From contig CAWCSW010000020.1 in assembly GCA_963798345.1 (NCBI GenBank), forward strand, positions 8,855 to 72,854: DNA of 64,000 nucleotides, in the 5' to 3' direction. The stretch's first letter is position 1. The number at the start of each line of letters is the position of its first letter. The notes beneath the pieces are model-generated. The model ran no database searches. It had not been told where the DNA came from and saw only the letters and a program-made list of their open reading frames with translations. The translations under genes were made by a program, and so were the position numbers. This DNA is from an uncultured Verrucomicrobiae bacterium. GTDB lineage: Bacteria > Verrucomicrobiota > Verrucomicrobiia > Chthoniobacterales > Chthoniobacteraceae. Of the stretch, positions 50,423 through 59,877 are shown piece by piece.

Positions 50423-50998
50423 CTACGAAATCTCGCGCGAACGCGGTTCGCGGTCTTTCGTTGTGGCGGTGGATGGCGTCGTCACGAACGGACCGCCAGC
50501 CAGCGGCGCCACTCCGGTGAAAGCGACGTCGGGCATGTCGCTGGAGCGACCACCGAGAGGAAAGTCCTTTCGCAACGGAAAGAATGGGTAGCCGTCCCAC
50601 ATCAGGATCCGCCGCAGATCCGGGTGGCCGGAAAACTTGATCCCAAACATGTCGTACGCCTCGCGCTCGTGCCAGTCTGCCGTCGGCCAAATGTCACTGA
50701 CGCTGGGAACCTCGAGGTGATCCTCACTCACCAGCACCTTCAGTCGCAGATGGTCGCCCCGCTCGAGCTGGTAGAGTTCATACACGACTTCAAAGCGCGG
50801 TTCCTCGCCGAAGTTATCGACGCCACTGAGATCAAGCAGGTAGCTGTAGCCGAGCTCGTTTTTGCAAAGGGCAGCGACTTCGTGGATCGCCTCCGGGGAC
50901 ACGACCAAAGTCGTCTCGCCCCGAAACTCATATTTTTTCTGCACCTCGAAGCGGGATGCAATGCTGGCCAGGTCGGCGGAGTATTTTGGCAAAGCCAT
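50423..50998 (-). CDS. nuoC: NADH-quinone oxidoreductase subunit C (30-kDa subunit)
   Basis: MALPKYSADL...GETTLVVSPEAIHEVAALCKNELGYSYLLDLSGVDN...ADWHEREAYDMFGIKFSGHPDLRRIL. Start taken at the internal ATG at 50998. Confidence 0.85.
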   Translation of the reverse strand: MALPKYSADLASIASRFEVQKKYEFRGETTLVVSPEAIHEVAALCKNELGYSYLLDLSGVDNFGEEPRFEVVYELYQLERGDHLRLKVLVSEDHLEVPSVSDIWPTADWHEREAYDMFGIKFSGHPDLRRILMWDGYPFFPLRKDFPLGGRSSDMPDVAFTGVAPLAGGPFVTTPSTATTKDREPRSREIS

Positions 50999-51021
50999 GT
51001 CGAAGAGAGGCGATTGAAAAA

Positions 51022-51546
51022 TCAGGCTTCGAGGGCGGTGAGGCTCTTTTTCTGCGCGCTCAACGGCTTCTCGGTATCGATCTTGGCCTGCAAACGGAGA
51101 AGGCCTTCGATCAATGCTTCCGGGCGCGGCGGACAACCACTGATATAAACGTCCACGGGCAACAGTTGATCGATGCCCTGAAGCACGGCGTAGCTGCGGT
51201 ACATGCCACCGCTCGAGGCGCAGGCACCCATGGCAATGACCCATTTGGGCTCGGGCATCTGGTCGTAGATACGCTTCACGGCGAGCGCCATCTTGTAGGT
51301 CACCGTGCCAGCCACGATCATGACGTCACTTTGGCGCGGGGAAAACCGCATCACTTCAGCTCCGAAGCGCGCAATATCGAAGCGGGATGCTCCCGTGGCC
51401 ATGAGCTCAATCGCGCAGCAGGCGAGTCCCATCGGCATTGGCCAAAGCGAGTTTTTCCGCATCCAATTCATGGCGGCATCGACGCGGGTAAAAATGACGT
51501 TTCCCTCGACCTTGGAGTCGTAGGCGACCGGAGTGGCAGTGGTCAT
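51022..51546 (-). CDS. nuoB: NADH-quinone oxidoreductase subunit B (20-kDa, [4Fe-4S] N2)
   Basis: [15 protein letters not shown]...[12 protein letters not shown]...[12 protein letters not shown]...[10 protein letters not shown]. Confidence 0.9.
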   Translation of the reverse strand: MTTATPVAYDSKVEGNVIFTRVDAAMNWMRKNSLWPMPMGLACCAIELMATGASRFDIARFGAEVMRFSPRQSDVMIVAGTVTYKMALAVKRIYDQMPEPKWVIAMGACASSGGMYRSYAVLQGIDQLLPVDVYISGCPPRPEALIEGLLRLQAKIDTEKPLSAQKKSLTALEA

Positions 51547-51602
51547 GAGGAATGATCCTTAAAGCGAGGCCACGCGGCGGCAAGTTGAATTTGTGAAATC
51601 AT

Positions 51603-52076
51603 TCACAAGCGCTCGACTGCTGGGGAACCGCGGCGGGCTTTCAGCGCTGCCAGCAGATAGGCCACCAGGAACAGATTCAAAGCGAGAAGGATGAAGTGGA
51701 GGGAGTGCGGCCGCCGGACGATCTGGATTAGCTCAAAGGGAATATAAATCGCCGCGCCGATGACACCCACCCACTCGGCCCAGACGCGCTGTTGCCACAG
51801 GCCCCAGGCTTCCGCAAAGCGAATCATCGCGTAAACGGCCGCCAGCGCAGCGTAAAATTGGAGGCGCGCATCTGAAGTGTCTTCTGCTACTTTAAGAAAA
51901 ATGCTCGCCATGCGACGCGTCGGGTCGAGATGAAAGTGCGCGACGATTTCCTCCGCGAGGCGGGCCAACTCGCTTTTCGTGAGGCGCGTGACACCGATGC
52001 AGACAATCAGGACCAGAATTCCCTTGGTCGCCTCGATCGCCGCGATGGTCCGCAATCCCGCCCGAGAGGCCTTCAC
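51603..52076 (-). CDS. DUF2127-like 4-TM membrane protein (sits where nuoA would be; not NuoA)
   Basis: 157 aa. The N-terminal LRTIAAIEATKGILVLIV pattern is as I recall for DUF2127. It lacks the NuoA cytoplasmic-loop YECG motif. Confidence 0.45.
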   Translation of the reverse strand: MKASRAGLRTIAAIEATKGILVLIVCIGVTRLTKSELARLAEEIVAHFHLDPTRRMASIFLKVAEDTSDARLQFYAALAAVYAMIRFAEAWGLWQQRVWAEWVGVIGAAIYIPFELIQIVRRPHSLHFILLALNLFLVAYLLAALKARRGSPAVERL

Positions 52077-52942
52077 TGCGCCGGCAAAGCAAAAAAGCGT
52101 TCGGCTGTCGCGGTCGTCTCCGCCGCAATTTCCTCGAAAGACCTGCCCCGAAGCTCAGCAATCCGCGTCGCGGTCGCCTTGGTGTGGGCCGGCTCGCATC
52201 GCGTTCCGCGATTGGGCATCGGGGCGAGAAAAGGGCAGTCCGTTTCCACCATGAACGAGCCATCGGGAACCTTGGCCACGGTTTCGTGAAGCAGGCGCGC
52301 ATTTTTGAAGGTCACGATGCCCGTGAAACTCACGAGGAATCCCAGATCGATGACTTCACGGGCCTCGTCGAGCGAGCGGTTGAAACAGTGAAAGACGGCG
52401 CGCAGGCGGCGCGCGAACGGCTTGATCTGCGCCACCGTATCAGCCCACGCATCGCGCTCATGCACGACCACGGGAAGTTTGAGCTCGGCCGCCAGTTCGA
52501 GCTGGCGCTGAAAAACTTCACTCTGCTTCGCCTTCACCGCTCCATCCCGAATGGCTCCGGTCACGTCGGCCGGGGTCTCATTTCCCAAAGCCGCCGTCGC
52601 CACGGCGGACTCGTGCATTCTCGAACTCGGCAGATTGTGGTAGTCGAGTCCGCACTCACCTAACGCCACCACGCGTGGCTGGCCGGCGAGTTCCCGCAGA
52701 GCCGCCATTTCGTCATCGGAAAATGTTTCCGCGTTCGAGGGATGAATTCCGACGGTCGCAAAAACCGACGCCTGCCCGGCGGCGAGGCTGATCGAGCGCC
52801 GGCTACTCTCGATCGTCGTGCTCACGGTAACAATTCGGCTGACACCCGCTTCCGCGGCGCGGGCCAGCACGTCTGGCAGGTCGGTGGCGAATTCCGGGAA
52901 ATCGAGGTGGGCGTGGGTATCAATCAACATGGTCGCGTGCAA
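52073..52942 (-). CDS. TatD-family metal-dependent hydrolase (DNase)
   Basis: MLIDTHAHLDFPEF...VGIHP...GECGLDYH...VVVHERDA...HCF. Confidence 0.8.
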   Translation of the reverse strand: MHATMLIDTHAHLDFPEFATDLPDVLARAAEAGVSRIVTVSTTIESSRRSISLAAGQASVFATVGIHPSNAETFSDDEMAALRELAGQPRVVALGECGLDYHNLPSSRMHESAVATAALGNETPADVTGAIRDGAVKAKQSEVFQRQLELAAELKLPVVVHERDAWADTVAQIKPFARRLRAVFHCFNRSLDEAREVIDLGFLVSFTGIVTFKNARLLHETVAKVPDGSFMVETDCPFLAPMPNRGTRCEPAHTKATATRIAELRGRSFEEIAAETTATAERFFALPAQ

Positions 52943-53276
52943 AAATAGTTTCCTGGGGAAGAGAAAGGTGACGCCGCGCGTTCCGCGTGTCCACCCGGAT
53001 TCCGGTCATGAGACATTTGCCCCGGCGAAAATGAATCGATTTTCAGATCTCCGTAGAGTGCGCACGACGAAGCACTCCATCGACGTAGTTTCGAGCGATG
53101 TCACTCGATCCCGTCAGACACACACGTCGTGGGTGGAGCGCAGTTCCTTCGTGCACCCGCCAAGATGCGGATTGGAATGATTTCGCGGGCGAAAACACGC
53201 CGGTCCTGGGGCGGGAAAAAAGGCCGGATCAGCAGTTGCCGACCCGGCCCAAAGTTTTTCCCCTGAAGAGGCAAAC

Positions 53277-53399
53277 TTACTTCGAGTAGCCCGTCGAGGC
53301 TGAGTAGCTCGGAGTCGTGGTGTGAGTGGATTCCTTATGTGCGCAGGCGCCGAGCGCCAGAGCGGCGGTCGCGAGTGCAACGATGGTCAAATATTTCAT
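53277..53399 (-). CDS. Small lipoprotein (40 aa), candidate
   Basis: MKYLTIVALATAALALGACAHKESTHTTTPSYSASTGYSK is a signal peptide plus lipobox (LGAC). ATG at 53399 (minus strand). Confidence 0.4.
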   Translation of the reverse strand: MKYLTIVALATAALALGACAHKESTHTTTPSYSASTGYSK

Positions 53400-53446
53400 G
53401 TGTATGTGTTTTCCCTCCTTTCTGTGCCAGTTGGCAGAAGCGCGGC

Positions 53447-53758
53447 ATGATGGGAGGTCGCCTTGCGCTGGCAAGCGCCATTTCGCGGGTGATCTCGCAT
53501 GACCGGCTTGCTTCCTCCCTTTCGCGTTCGCTACACGGTGCGGCTGTGTCCATTGAAAACCCTCCACCACGCCCGCCATGGATCATTCCCGTCATCATCG
53601 TCGCGGTGAACCTGGGCACCTTGCTTGTTCTCGGCTCGCGCGGCGCGCTCGCACAGCTGTCGCCGACGGCCCAGTTCTATTTCGGCGCTTCGACCTTTGC
53701 GTTCCCGCTGATCGTCTATCTGATTCTCAAAAAGCAACGGGAACGAGACGGGCACTGA
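53447..53758 (+). CDS. Small two-TM membrane protein, candidate
   Basis: ...PPWIIPVIIVAVNLGTLLVLGS...FYFGASTFAFPLIVYLILKK... Confidence 0.3.
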   Translation: MMGGRLALASAISRVISHDRLASSLSRSLHGAAVSIENPPPRPPWIIPVIIVAVNLGTLLVLGSRGALAQLSPTAQFYFGASTFAFPLIVYLILKKQRERDGH

Positions 53759-53780
53759 TTTCACCACGCGCCAGCGATCA

Positions 53781-54311
53781 TCAATACGTCAAGAGCGCGC
53801 GCACCGGTCGATCGCCAAGCGCGACCCGCCCATTGAGGAACCCCAGTTCGATCAGGAATTGAATTTCGGCCACGACACCGCCCAGTGCTTCGATAAGTTT
53901 TACCGCGGCGGCAGCCGTCCCCCCCGTGGCCAGGAGATCATCGATCAATACGACCTTCTCCCCGGGTGCAATTGAATCCGTGTGCATCTCGACCACCGCC
54001 TCCCCGTACTCGAGTTGATAAGCGGCGGATTGACATTGATAGGGCAACTTTCCCTTTTTTCGTACAGGGACAAAACCGACGCCCAGAGCAATGGCCAGCG
54101 GCGCGCCGAGAATGAAACCCCGGGCATCGATCCCGACGACCTTGCTCACGCCCAGAGGACGCGCAGCGTCAGTGAAAGCGTCGATCGTCGACTTGAGCAG
54201 CGCGGCATCCGCCAGGATCGGAGTGATGTCTTTAAACAGGATGCCAGCCTTGGGAAAATCAGGAACATCACGCACCGCGGCAGCGAGGCTTTGGAAGAAT
54301 TCGGGAGCCAT
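53781..54311 (-). CDS. apt: Adenine phosphoribosyltransferase
   Basis: FPKAGILFKDITPIL...VVGIDARGFILG...VVLIDDLLATGGTAAAA (PRPP-binding motif). ATG at 54311. Confidence 0.85.
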   Translation of the reverse strand: MAPEFFQSLAAAVRDVPDFPKAGILFKDITPILADAALLKSTIDAFTDAARPLGVSKVVGIDARGFILGAPLAIALGVGFVPVRKKGKLPYQCQSAAYQLEYGEAVVEMHTDSIAPGEKVVLIDDLLATGGTAAAAVKLIEALGGVVAEIQFLIELGFLNGRVALGDRPVRALLTY

Positions 54312-54351
54312 GCGGCGGGTTGTCGCAGACACTCGTGAAGTGCGCAAGGGG

Positions 54352-55647
54352 CTACTCGAGGCCGAGCGCCTTAAACGTGGCATCGACGTGGGCGAAATGG
54401 ATATCGAGCGAGCAGAGGTGGTCGATTTCCTCCCGGGTCAGATGGGCCGCCACGTCGGGTTCCGCAGCGAGATTTTCCTGGAGCGAAACGTCGCCCTGCC
54501 AGGTTTTCATCGCGGCGCGCTGGACGGCTTCGTAGGCGGCTTTGCGCTCGGAACCGCGGCGCGTCAATTCGAGGAGGATGCTCTGGCTAAAATACAGACC
54601 CTTCGTGATCGCCATGTTGCGCTCCATGTTTTCGGGATAGACGAGCAGGCGATCGACGAGCGTGCGCAGCAGCACGAGCATGTAGTCCACCAGGATGCAG
54701 GAGTCCGGCATGATCACGCGTTCGACCGACGAGTGACTGATGTCGCGTTCGTGCCAGAGCGCGACATTTTCCAGGGCGGCGACGGCATTCCCACGAACGA
54801 GGCGCGCCAGACCGCTGAGCTTTTCACCCGTGATTGGGTTGCGTTTGTGCGGCATGGCGGAACTGCCTTTCTGGCCGGCGGAAAAGTATTCCTCGACTTC
54901 GAGGACCTCGGTGCGCTGGAGGTGCCGGAATTCTGTCGCCCACCGATCGATGCTCGAGGCGATCAGGGCGAGCGTGGTTTGAAATTCGGCATGGCGGTCG
55001 CGCTGGACGACTTGCGTGCTCAGCGTCGCCGCTTTCAAGCCGAGCTTTGCACACACGCTTTCCTCGATGGCGGGATCGAGATGCGCATGCGTGCCCACAG
55101 CGCCACTGAGTTTTCCGACGCGGATGCGCGGCTGGATTTGCTCGAGCCGTTCGAGAGCCCGTCCGAATTCATCGAACATCAGTGCCAGCTTCAAACCAAA
55201 GGTGATCGGTTCGGCATGAATGCCGTGCGAGCGACCGATCATCGGTGTCGTCCTGAACTCGCGGGCGCGTCTCGCAATGACTTCGCGGAGTTCCCGGAGG
55301 TCGGTGAGCAGAAGATCGGAAGCCTGCGCCATCTGGACCGCCAGCGTGGTGTCCAGGACATCCGAGGAGGTCAGCCCCTGGTGCATCCACCGGGCGGCGG
55401 GACCGACATAGGCCGCGACATTCTCGAGAAACGCGATCACGTCGTGATTCGTGCGCTGCTCGATCGCGGCGATCTCGGCCACGTCGAAACGCGCTTTTTC
55501 GCGAATGGTTTTCGCGTCCTGAGTCGGAATCAGCCCCTGAGCCGCCATTGCCTCGCAAGCGGCCACTTCGATTTCGAGCCAGATTTCGTATTTGCGCTGT
55601 TCAGTCCACAGCGCGCGCATTTCGGGACGGGTGTATCGGTCAATCAC
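54352..55647 (-). CDS. purB: Adenylosuccinate lyase
   Basis: MIDRYTRPEMRALWTEQRKYEIWLEIEVAACEAMA...SSAMPHKRNP (fumarate-lyase signature region). 431 aa. Confidence 0.9.
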   Translation of the reverse strand: MIDRYTRPEMRALWTEQRKYEIWLEIEVAACEAMAAQGLIPTQDAKTIREKARFDVAEIAAIEQRTNHDVIAFLENVAAYVGPAARWMHQGLTSSDVLDTTLAVQMAQASDLLLTDLRELREVIARRAREFRTTPMIGRSHGIHAEPITFGLKLALMFDEFGRALERLEQIQPRIRVGKLSGAVGTHAHLDPAIEESVCAKLGLKAATLSTQVVQRDRHAEFQTTLALIASSIDRWATEFRHLQRTEVLEVEEYFSAGQKGSSAMPHKRNPITGEKLSGLARLVRGNAVAALENVALWHERDISHSSVERVIMPDSCILVDYMLVLLRTLVDRLLVYPENMERNMAITKGLYFSQSILLELTRRGSERKAAYEAVQRAAMKTWQGDVSLQENLAAEPDVAAHLTREEIDHLCSLDIHFAHVDATFKALGLE

Positions 55648-55777
55648 GGGCGGAGGAAATGCGTTCCACCCATGGGCTCACAAGAAAAACTTCCGCGACC
55701 GGTCGGCCAACCAGCGCCAGTGAGGAGTGGCGCTAAAGGGGTCGCGCCATGAGGACGCGACCCCAAAAGTTGAAAGT

Positions 55778-55957
55778 TTAGTAAACGCGGGCGCGCACTT
55801 TCCGGCCATTGCTGTTGATCGTCACTCGACCGGTGTCGAGGAGATCAGCGACAGCGGCGACGGCTTCGCGATTGTTGCGAGAGACGCTGCTGACCGCGAG
55901 AATCAAGTCACCGAGACTCGGGCTGTGGCGGGGCGCTTTTTTGAGGTTCTTTTTCAT
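55778..55957 (-). CDS. Small basic hypothetical protein (59 aa), candidate
   Basis: MKKNLKKAPRHSPSLGDLILAVSSVSRNNREAVAAVADLLDTGRVTINSNGRKVRARVY. Strong GC3 bias. Family not recognised. Confidence 0.3.
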   Translation of the reverse strand: MKKNLKKAPRHSPSLGDLILAVSSVSRNNREAVAAVADLLDTGRVTINSNGRKVRARVY

Positions 55958-56326
55958 GGTTTGGTTCTGGTTAAAGGCCGTGGTTGAAAGTTTATTTAGC
56001 AGACACGGTGCCATATCGAAGGTTGATACGATCATTTGTGCCAGGATAGACGCATGCCCCTGTGTTTTGTTCAAAATAATATTTTCATCCTCGGTTGCCA
56101 TGGAGTGCAGAGCCCAAAGTGCGGGCGGAATTCGTCTGTCCCAGTGTGTCAAAACGTCGGATTATGTGACACATCTGGACGGCATTCGAGGCCGCTGGAT
56201 TCCGCAATCCCCCATTTCGGGTGGTATCAACACAAATCTTGCATCCGCCCGGACTCCCAGCTGCCTGCTGCCCGCCAGGTCTTGTTCATTGAATCCCGCC
56301 TCCCCGATCCATAGCGTTTCGCGCGC

Positions 56327-57223
56327 ATGCTCAGACCCCGAAAGAAATACACCGTCCATGATTTGCGGCAGCTCAAGGGCAAGCGGTGCCTCACCCACAT
56401 CCACGTAAAATCTCCAGAGGAAGCAGCCGCCGCGGAGGCTGCGGGCGTGGATTTAATGAGCTGCAGTTTCGATTCTCCGGAAGCACAGGCGCGTCTGCCG
56501 AGGCTCGTCGCAGCGGCACCGGAGAGCTTCATCTCCGCAGCCACTCCGCACGGTCTCGCTTCGCGCGAAGAAGCGATTCGCGTCTCGTTTCGCGCCCTCG
56601 AGATCGGTGCCAGTTCCGTCTACTGCTCCGCCAGTCCGTTCATCATCGAGGCAATGGCTCGCGAGGGTATTCCGGTCGTTGGACATCTCGGCATGGTGCC
56701 CCGTCACGTTATCTGGACTGGGTATCGAGCGATCGGTAAAACGCTCGTTGAAGCGAAACGGCTCCATGAGGACATGCAGCGCCTTGAAAACGCGGGCGCC
56801 TATGCGGCCGAGCTCGAGGTCGTCCCCCATCGCCTGGCGCGCTGGTTGTGCACGCAAACTTCGATGCTCCTCATGTCGCTCGGTTCCGGCGACGGCTGCG
56901 ATACACAGTTCCTCTTTTCCGACGACATCCTCGGCGACTACGATGAACGCCCGCCGCGCCACGCCAAAGCGTATCGCAATTTCTCCGCTGAATACTGCCG
57001 CTTGCAAAACGAGCGCATCGCCGCCTTCACCGAATACATCACCGACGTCCATGCCGGGCGCTTCCCCGAACAGCTCCAATCTGGTGGAAATGCCGGACGA
57101 GGTATTCCAGGCGTTTGTCGAATCCATCGAAGTGTAACCGCGCCAACGTGGCTGACGGCGAATGCCCTGGTTATTCCGATTGATCGGTGGAGAGTTTTTC
57201 GGTTTGCGCGAAGTGCTCGCTGA
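56327..57223 (+). CDS. 3-methyl-2-oxobutanoate hydroxymethyltransferase (PanB)-family protein, divergent
   Basis: TVHDLRQLKGKR...IPVVGHLGMVPRHV...AGAYAAELEVVP...SLGSGDGCDTQFLFSDDILG parallels the PanB motifs (TVHDL, CGHLGLTPQ, GAQLLVLECVP, GIGAG...DGQ). Confidence 0.6.
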   Translation: MLRPRKKYTVHDLRQLKGKRCLTHIHVKSPEEAAAAEAAGVDLMSCSFDSPEAQARLPRLVAAAPESFISAATPHGLASREEAIRVSFRALEIGASSVYCSASPFIIEAMAREGIPVVGHLGMVPRHVIWTGYRAIGKTLVEAKRLHEDMQRLENAGAYAAELEVVPHRLARWLCTQTSMLLMSLGSGDGCDTQFLFSDDILGDYDERPPRHAKAYRNFSAEYCRLQNERIAAFTEYITDVHAGRFPEQLQSGGNAGRGIPGVCRIHRSVTAPTWLTANALVIPIDRWRVFRFARSAR

Positions 57224-58070
57224 GCAGTTCGTTGATGCGTTCTGAGGAATGAATGGGCACACCATGCGAGGCATCAGCGAGCTCGACAAATCGCGCATTC
57301 GGAATCGCGTTCGCGAGGGCGCGTCCTGCGCTCGGAGGAGCGATGGGATCATGGGCCGCGCTCACGACCAGCGTCGGAACGCTCGCGAGTTCGTGCAATC
57401 GAGGCATGGCATCGTAAGCCCGCATCGCGGCCAGTTGTAATCCCGTCACATCCGGTTGGTCCGCGAGGTCGTGGCCAAAAAGTGGCGCCATGCCCGCGGC
57501 GAGCGCATCAGCGTCGATTCCGTGGAACGCAGCGGGCGGCATGACCAATTCGAGAAAGGCACGCCGACGCTGCCGACGCGACCCGATGCGAGTCCGCATC
57601 CCGGTCCAGAGCATGCGGGCGGTGAGCGGCGCCGCGTCACGACCTCGCCCGAACGAGCAAAGCAGCGCGAGACTGCGCACTCGATCGGGGCTGGCGAGCG
57701 CCAGCTCCAGCGCGATAAGCCCACCCAGAGAGTGCCCGACCACGTGCGCGGCGTTCCAACCCTGCGCATCGATGAGCTTTTGGGAATCCTCTGCCATTTG
57801 CTTGACGCTAAGCTTCACGTCGCCGATAGGCTGACTTCGTCCGAGACCGCGATTGTCAAAAGTAAGACAACGGTGGCGGGTCGAGAGTGCGTCGATTTGA
57901 GGCTGCCAGCCCGCGCCGTGCACCGCCACTCCCTGAATCAGTATGACCGCGGAGCCATCGCCACAAACCGCATAAGCAAGGTGGCAGCCGCGATACTCGA
58001 TGGATCCGGGCACAGGCAGAGGTTTGGCGATCATGGAATGCGGACTGACCAGGCCCGTCATGCACGACAT
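57171..58070 (-). CDS. Alpha/beta-fold hydrolase
   Basis: HVVGHSLGG nucleophile elbow. Typical length and C-terminal His. Confidence 0.75.
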   Translation of the reverse strand: MSCMTGLVSPHSMIAKPLPVPGSIEYRGCHLAYAVCGDGSAVILIQGVAVHGAGWQPQIDALSTRHRCLTFDNRGLGRSQPIGDVKLSVKQMAEDSQKLIDAQGWNAAHVVGHSLGGLIALELALASPDRVRSLALLCSFGRGRDAAPLTARMLWTGMRTRIGSRRQRRRAFLELVMPPAAFHGIDADALAAGMAPLFGHDLADQPDVTGLQLAAMRAYDAMPRLHELASVPTLVVSAAHDPIAPPSAGRALANAIPNARFVELADASHGVPIHSSERINELLSEHFAQTEKLSTDQSE

Positions 58071-58107
58071 GGCTCATTCGTGAAAAGTCCGAACTGTCCG
58101 CAGCCGG

Positions 58108-59877
58108 ATGAGCGTTGCCATTGCCAGCGTGCACGGTATTCCATCGCCGCCGATGTCCGTTTATCGACGAGCGCTGGCCTACTATCGACCCTATCTGGGG
58201 CGCACCGTCGCCGCCGGCGGGCTGACCTTGCTCGCAACCGGGTTCAATCTCCTGCGCCCGTGGCCGATGGCCTTCATCGTTGATCGCGTTTTACCAGCCG
58301 TGGACAGCGGCGCGCATGGATTTCGATGGGCCACAATTTTTTCCGCAAATCCCAATGGCGCCAGCGATGGTGGGATGTTGATTCCATGGACCGCGATCCT
58401 GCTCATGGCCTGCGGAGCGATGGTGATCTTTCACCTCCTCGCCAGCGGGCTCGGATACGTGATCAATCTGCTGACGATTCGCGCGAGTTTGATGTCGCTG
58501 ATGACCCTCCGCACGGAAATCTACGCGTGGTTGCACGCGTTGCCGCTGAAGTTTCACGATCAACGCCGCAGCGCGGACTCGAGCTTTCGCGTGGCGTACG
58601 ATTCGCAGGCGATCCAGGCCATTTACAGCAAGGTCTTCTTCATTTTTCAAAGCAGCATCGCGCTGGTCAGCACCTTCGCCACCATGTGGTATTTCGACTG
58701 GCAAATTGCCGTCCTTTCCCTCGCGGTGATCCCCTTTCTGATGCTCACCATTCGCCTGTATGCGGTGCGGATCCGTGATGAATCAACGGTGATTGCCGAG
58801 ACGGAAAGTGCAGTACTGACGACGGCCCAGGAAGGAATCAGCTCGGTCAAGATGGTGCAGGCGTTCGGGCGCGAGGAGCATGAATTGGCGCAATTCAAAA
58901 CCAGCGCGCACGCCAGTCTGGAAGCCAATCTGCGGTTCAATTCCCTCTCCATGCGCAGCAGCGTAATCGTCGGCACGCTCATCGCCCTGAGTACCGCGGC
59001 GATGATTTTTGTCGGCGCGCGCCATGTGCTCGATGGCACCCTCAAAGTCGGCCAACTGTGGTATCTCTCGACGTTGCTCCTGATGCTCTATCAACCGCTC
59101 GAAGCATTGACGCATGTGGCCTGGGCCTTGGAAAGCGCGGCCGCCGGTGCGCAACGTTGCTTCGAGGTCCTGGATCGCCGCGACGACGTGCCGGATCGAG
59201 CCGATGCCGTCGTCCTCGAGCAAGTAAAAGGCGCGGTCGGTTTTGACCAGGTCAGCTTCGGCTACGATCCGGAACGTCCCATCTTGCGCGACATCGATCT
59301 CATGCTCGATCCGGGACAGACGGTTGCCTTTGTCGGCGGAACGGGCGCGGGAAAATCGACTCTCCTTTCGCTGGTCCCGCGCTTTTACGATCCCCTCTCC
59401 GGGCGTGTTTTGATTGACGGGCAGGACGTGCGCAACGTGACCAAAAAATCGCTCCGGCGCCACATCAGTATCGTCCTGCAGGACACCTTGCTCTTTTCCA
59501 CGACTGTCCGGGAAAACATCGCCTACGGTCGGCCCGGTGCCTCGGAAGCGGAAATCATCGAAGCCGCGCAGCGGGCGCAGGCCCATGAATTCATCATGGA
59601 AATGCCCGACGGTTATCGCTCGCAGGTCGGCGAACGCGGAGGACACTTGAGCGTCGGCCAGCGGCAGCGCAGGAATTTATCGTTAGTCGAACCCATCCGC
59701 GAAAATCAGGTCGCTAGCCGATTCGAATGCGCCGATGTCGTATCAGGCCGTCCACGGGTCGTCGCGATCCGAGCCGACCGCGACCAGTTGCCGGCGCGGT
59801 TGATAGGCCGGCAGGAAAGCGGCGATGGAAACGGGAACGATACATTCGTCGCGGGCGCAACGTTCCCGGTGTTGTAG
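58108..59877 (+). CDS. ABC exporter (MsbA-like fused TMD-NBD), homology ends right after the signature motif. Probably 3'-truncated
   Basis: Six-TM domain. Walker A GGTGAGKSTLLSL. Q-loop and signature LSVGQRQR at about 59650-59668. No Walker B, D-loop or H-loop in any frame afterwards. The remaining ORF text is low-complexity. Confidence 0.7.
   Translation: MSVAIASVHGIPSPPMSVYRRALAYYRPYLGRTVAAGGLTLLATGFNLLRPWPMAFIVDRVLPAVDSGAHGFRWATIFSANPNGASDGGMLIPWTAILLMACGAMVIFHLLASGLGYVINLLTIRASLMSLMTLRTEIYAWLHALPLKFHDQRRSADSSFRVAYDSQAIQAIYSKVFFIFQSSIALVSTFATMWYFDWQIAVLSLAVIPFLMLTIRLYAVRIRDESTVIAETESAVLTTAQEGISSVKMVQAFGREEHELAQFKTSAHASLEANLRFNSLSMRSSVIVGTLIALSTAAMIFVGARHVLDGTLKVGQLWYLSTLLLMLYQPLEALTHVAWALESAAAGAQRCFEVLDRRDDVPDRADAVVLEQVKGAVGFDQVSFGYDPERPILRDIDLMLDPGQTVAFVGGTGAGKSTLLSLVPRFYDPLSGRVLIDGQDVRNVTKKSLRRHISIVLQDTLLFSTTVRENIAYGRPGASEAEIIEAAQRAQAHEFIMEMPDGYRSQVGERGGHLSVGQRQRRNLSLVEPIRENQVASRFECADVVSGRPRVVAIRADRDQLPARLIGRQESGDGNGNDTFVAGATFPVL

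Noticed and set aside
51603-52076. Considered as a divergent nuoA because of its position upstream of nuoB
   Set aside because: It has four rather than three TM helices and lacks the conserved NuoA loop motif, so it is kept as a DUF2127-like protein.
54091-55752. 553-aa plus-strand ORF
   Set aside because: Antisense to purB and apt. Typical high-GC shadow ORF; purB on the opposite strand has clear family motifs.
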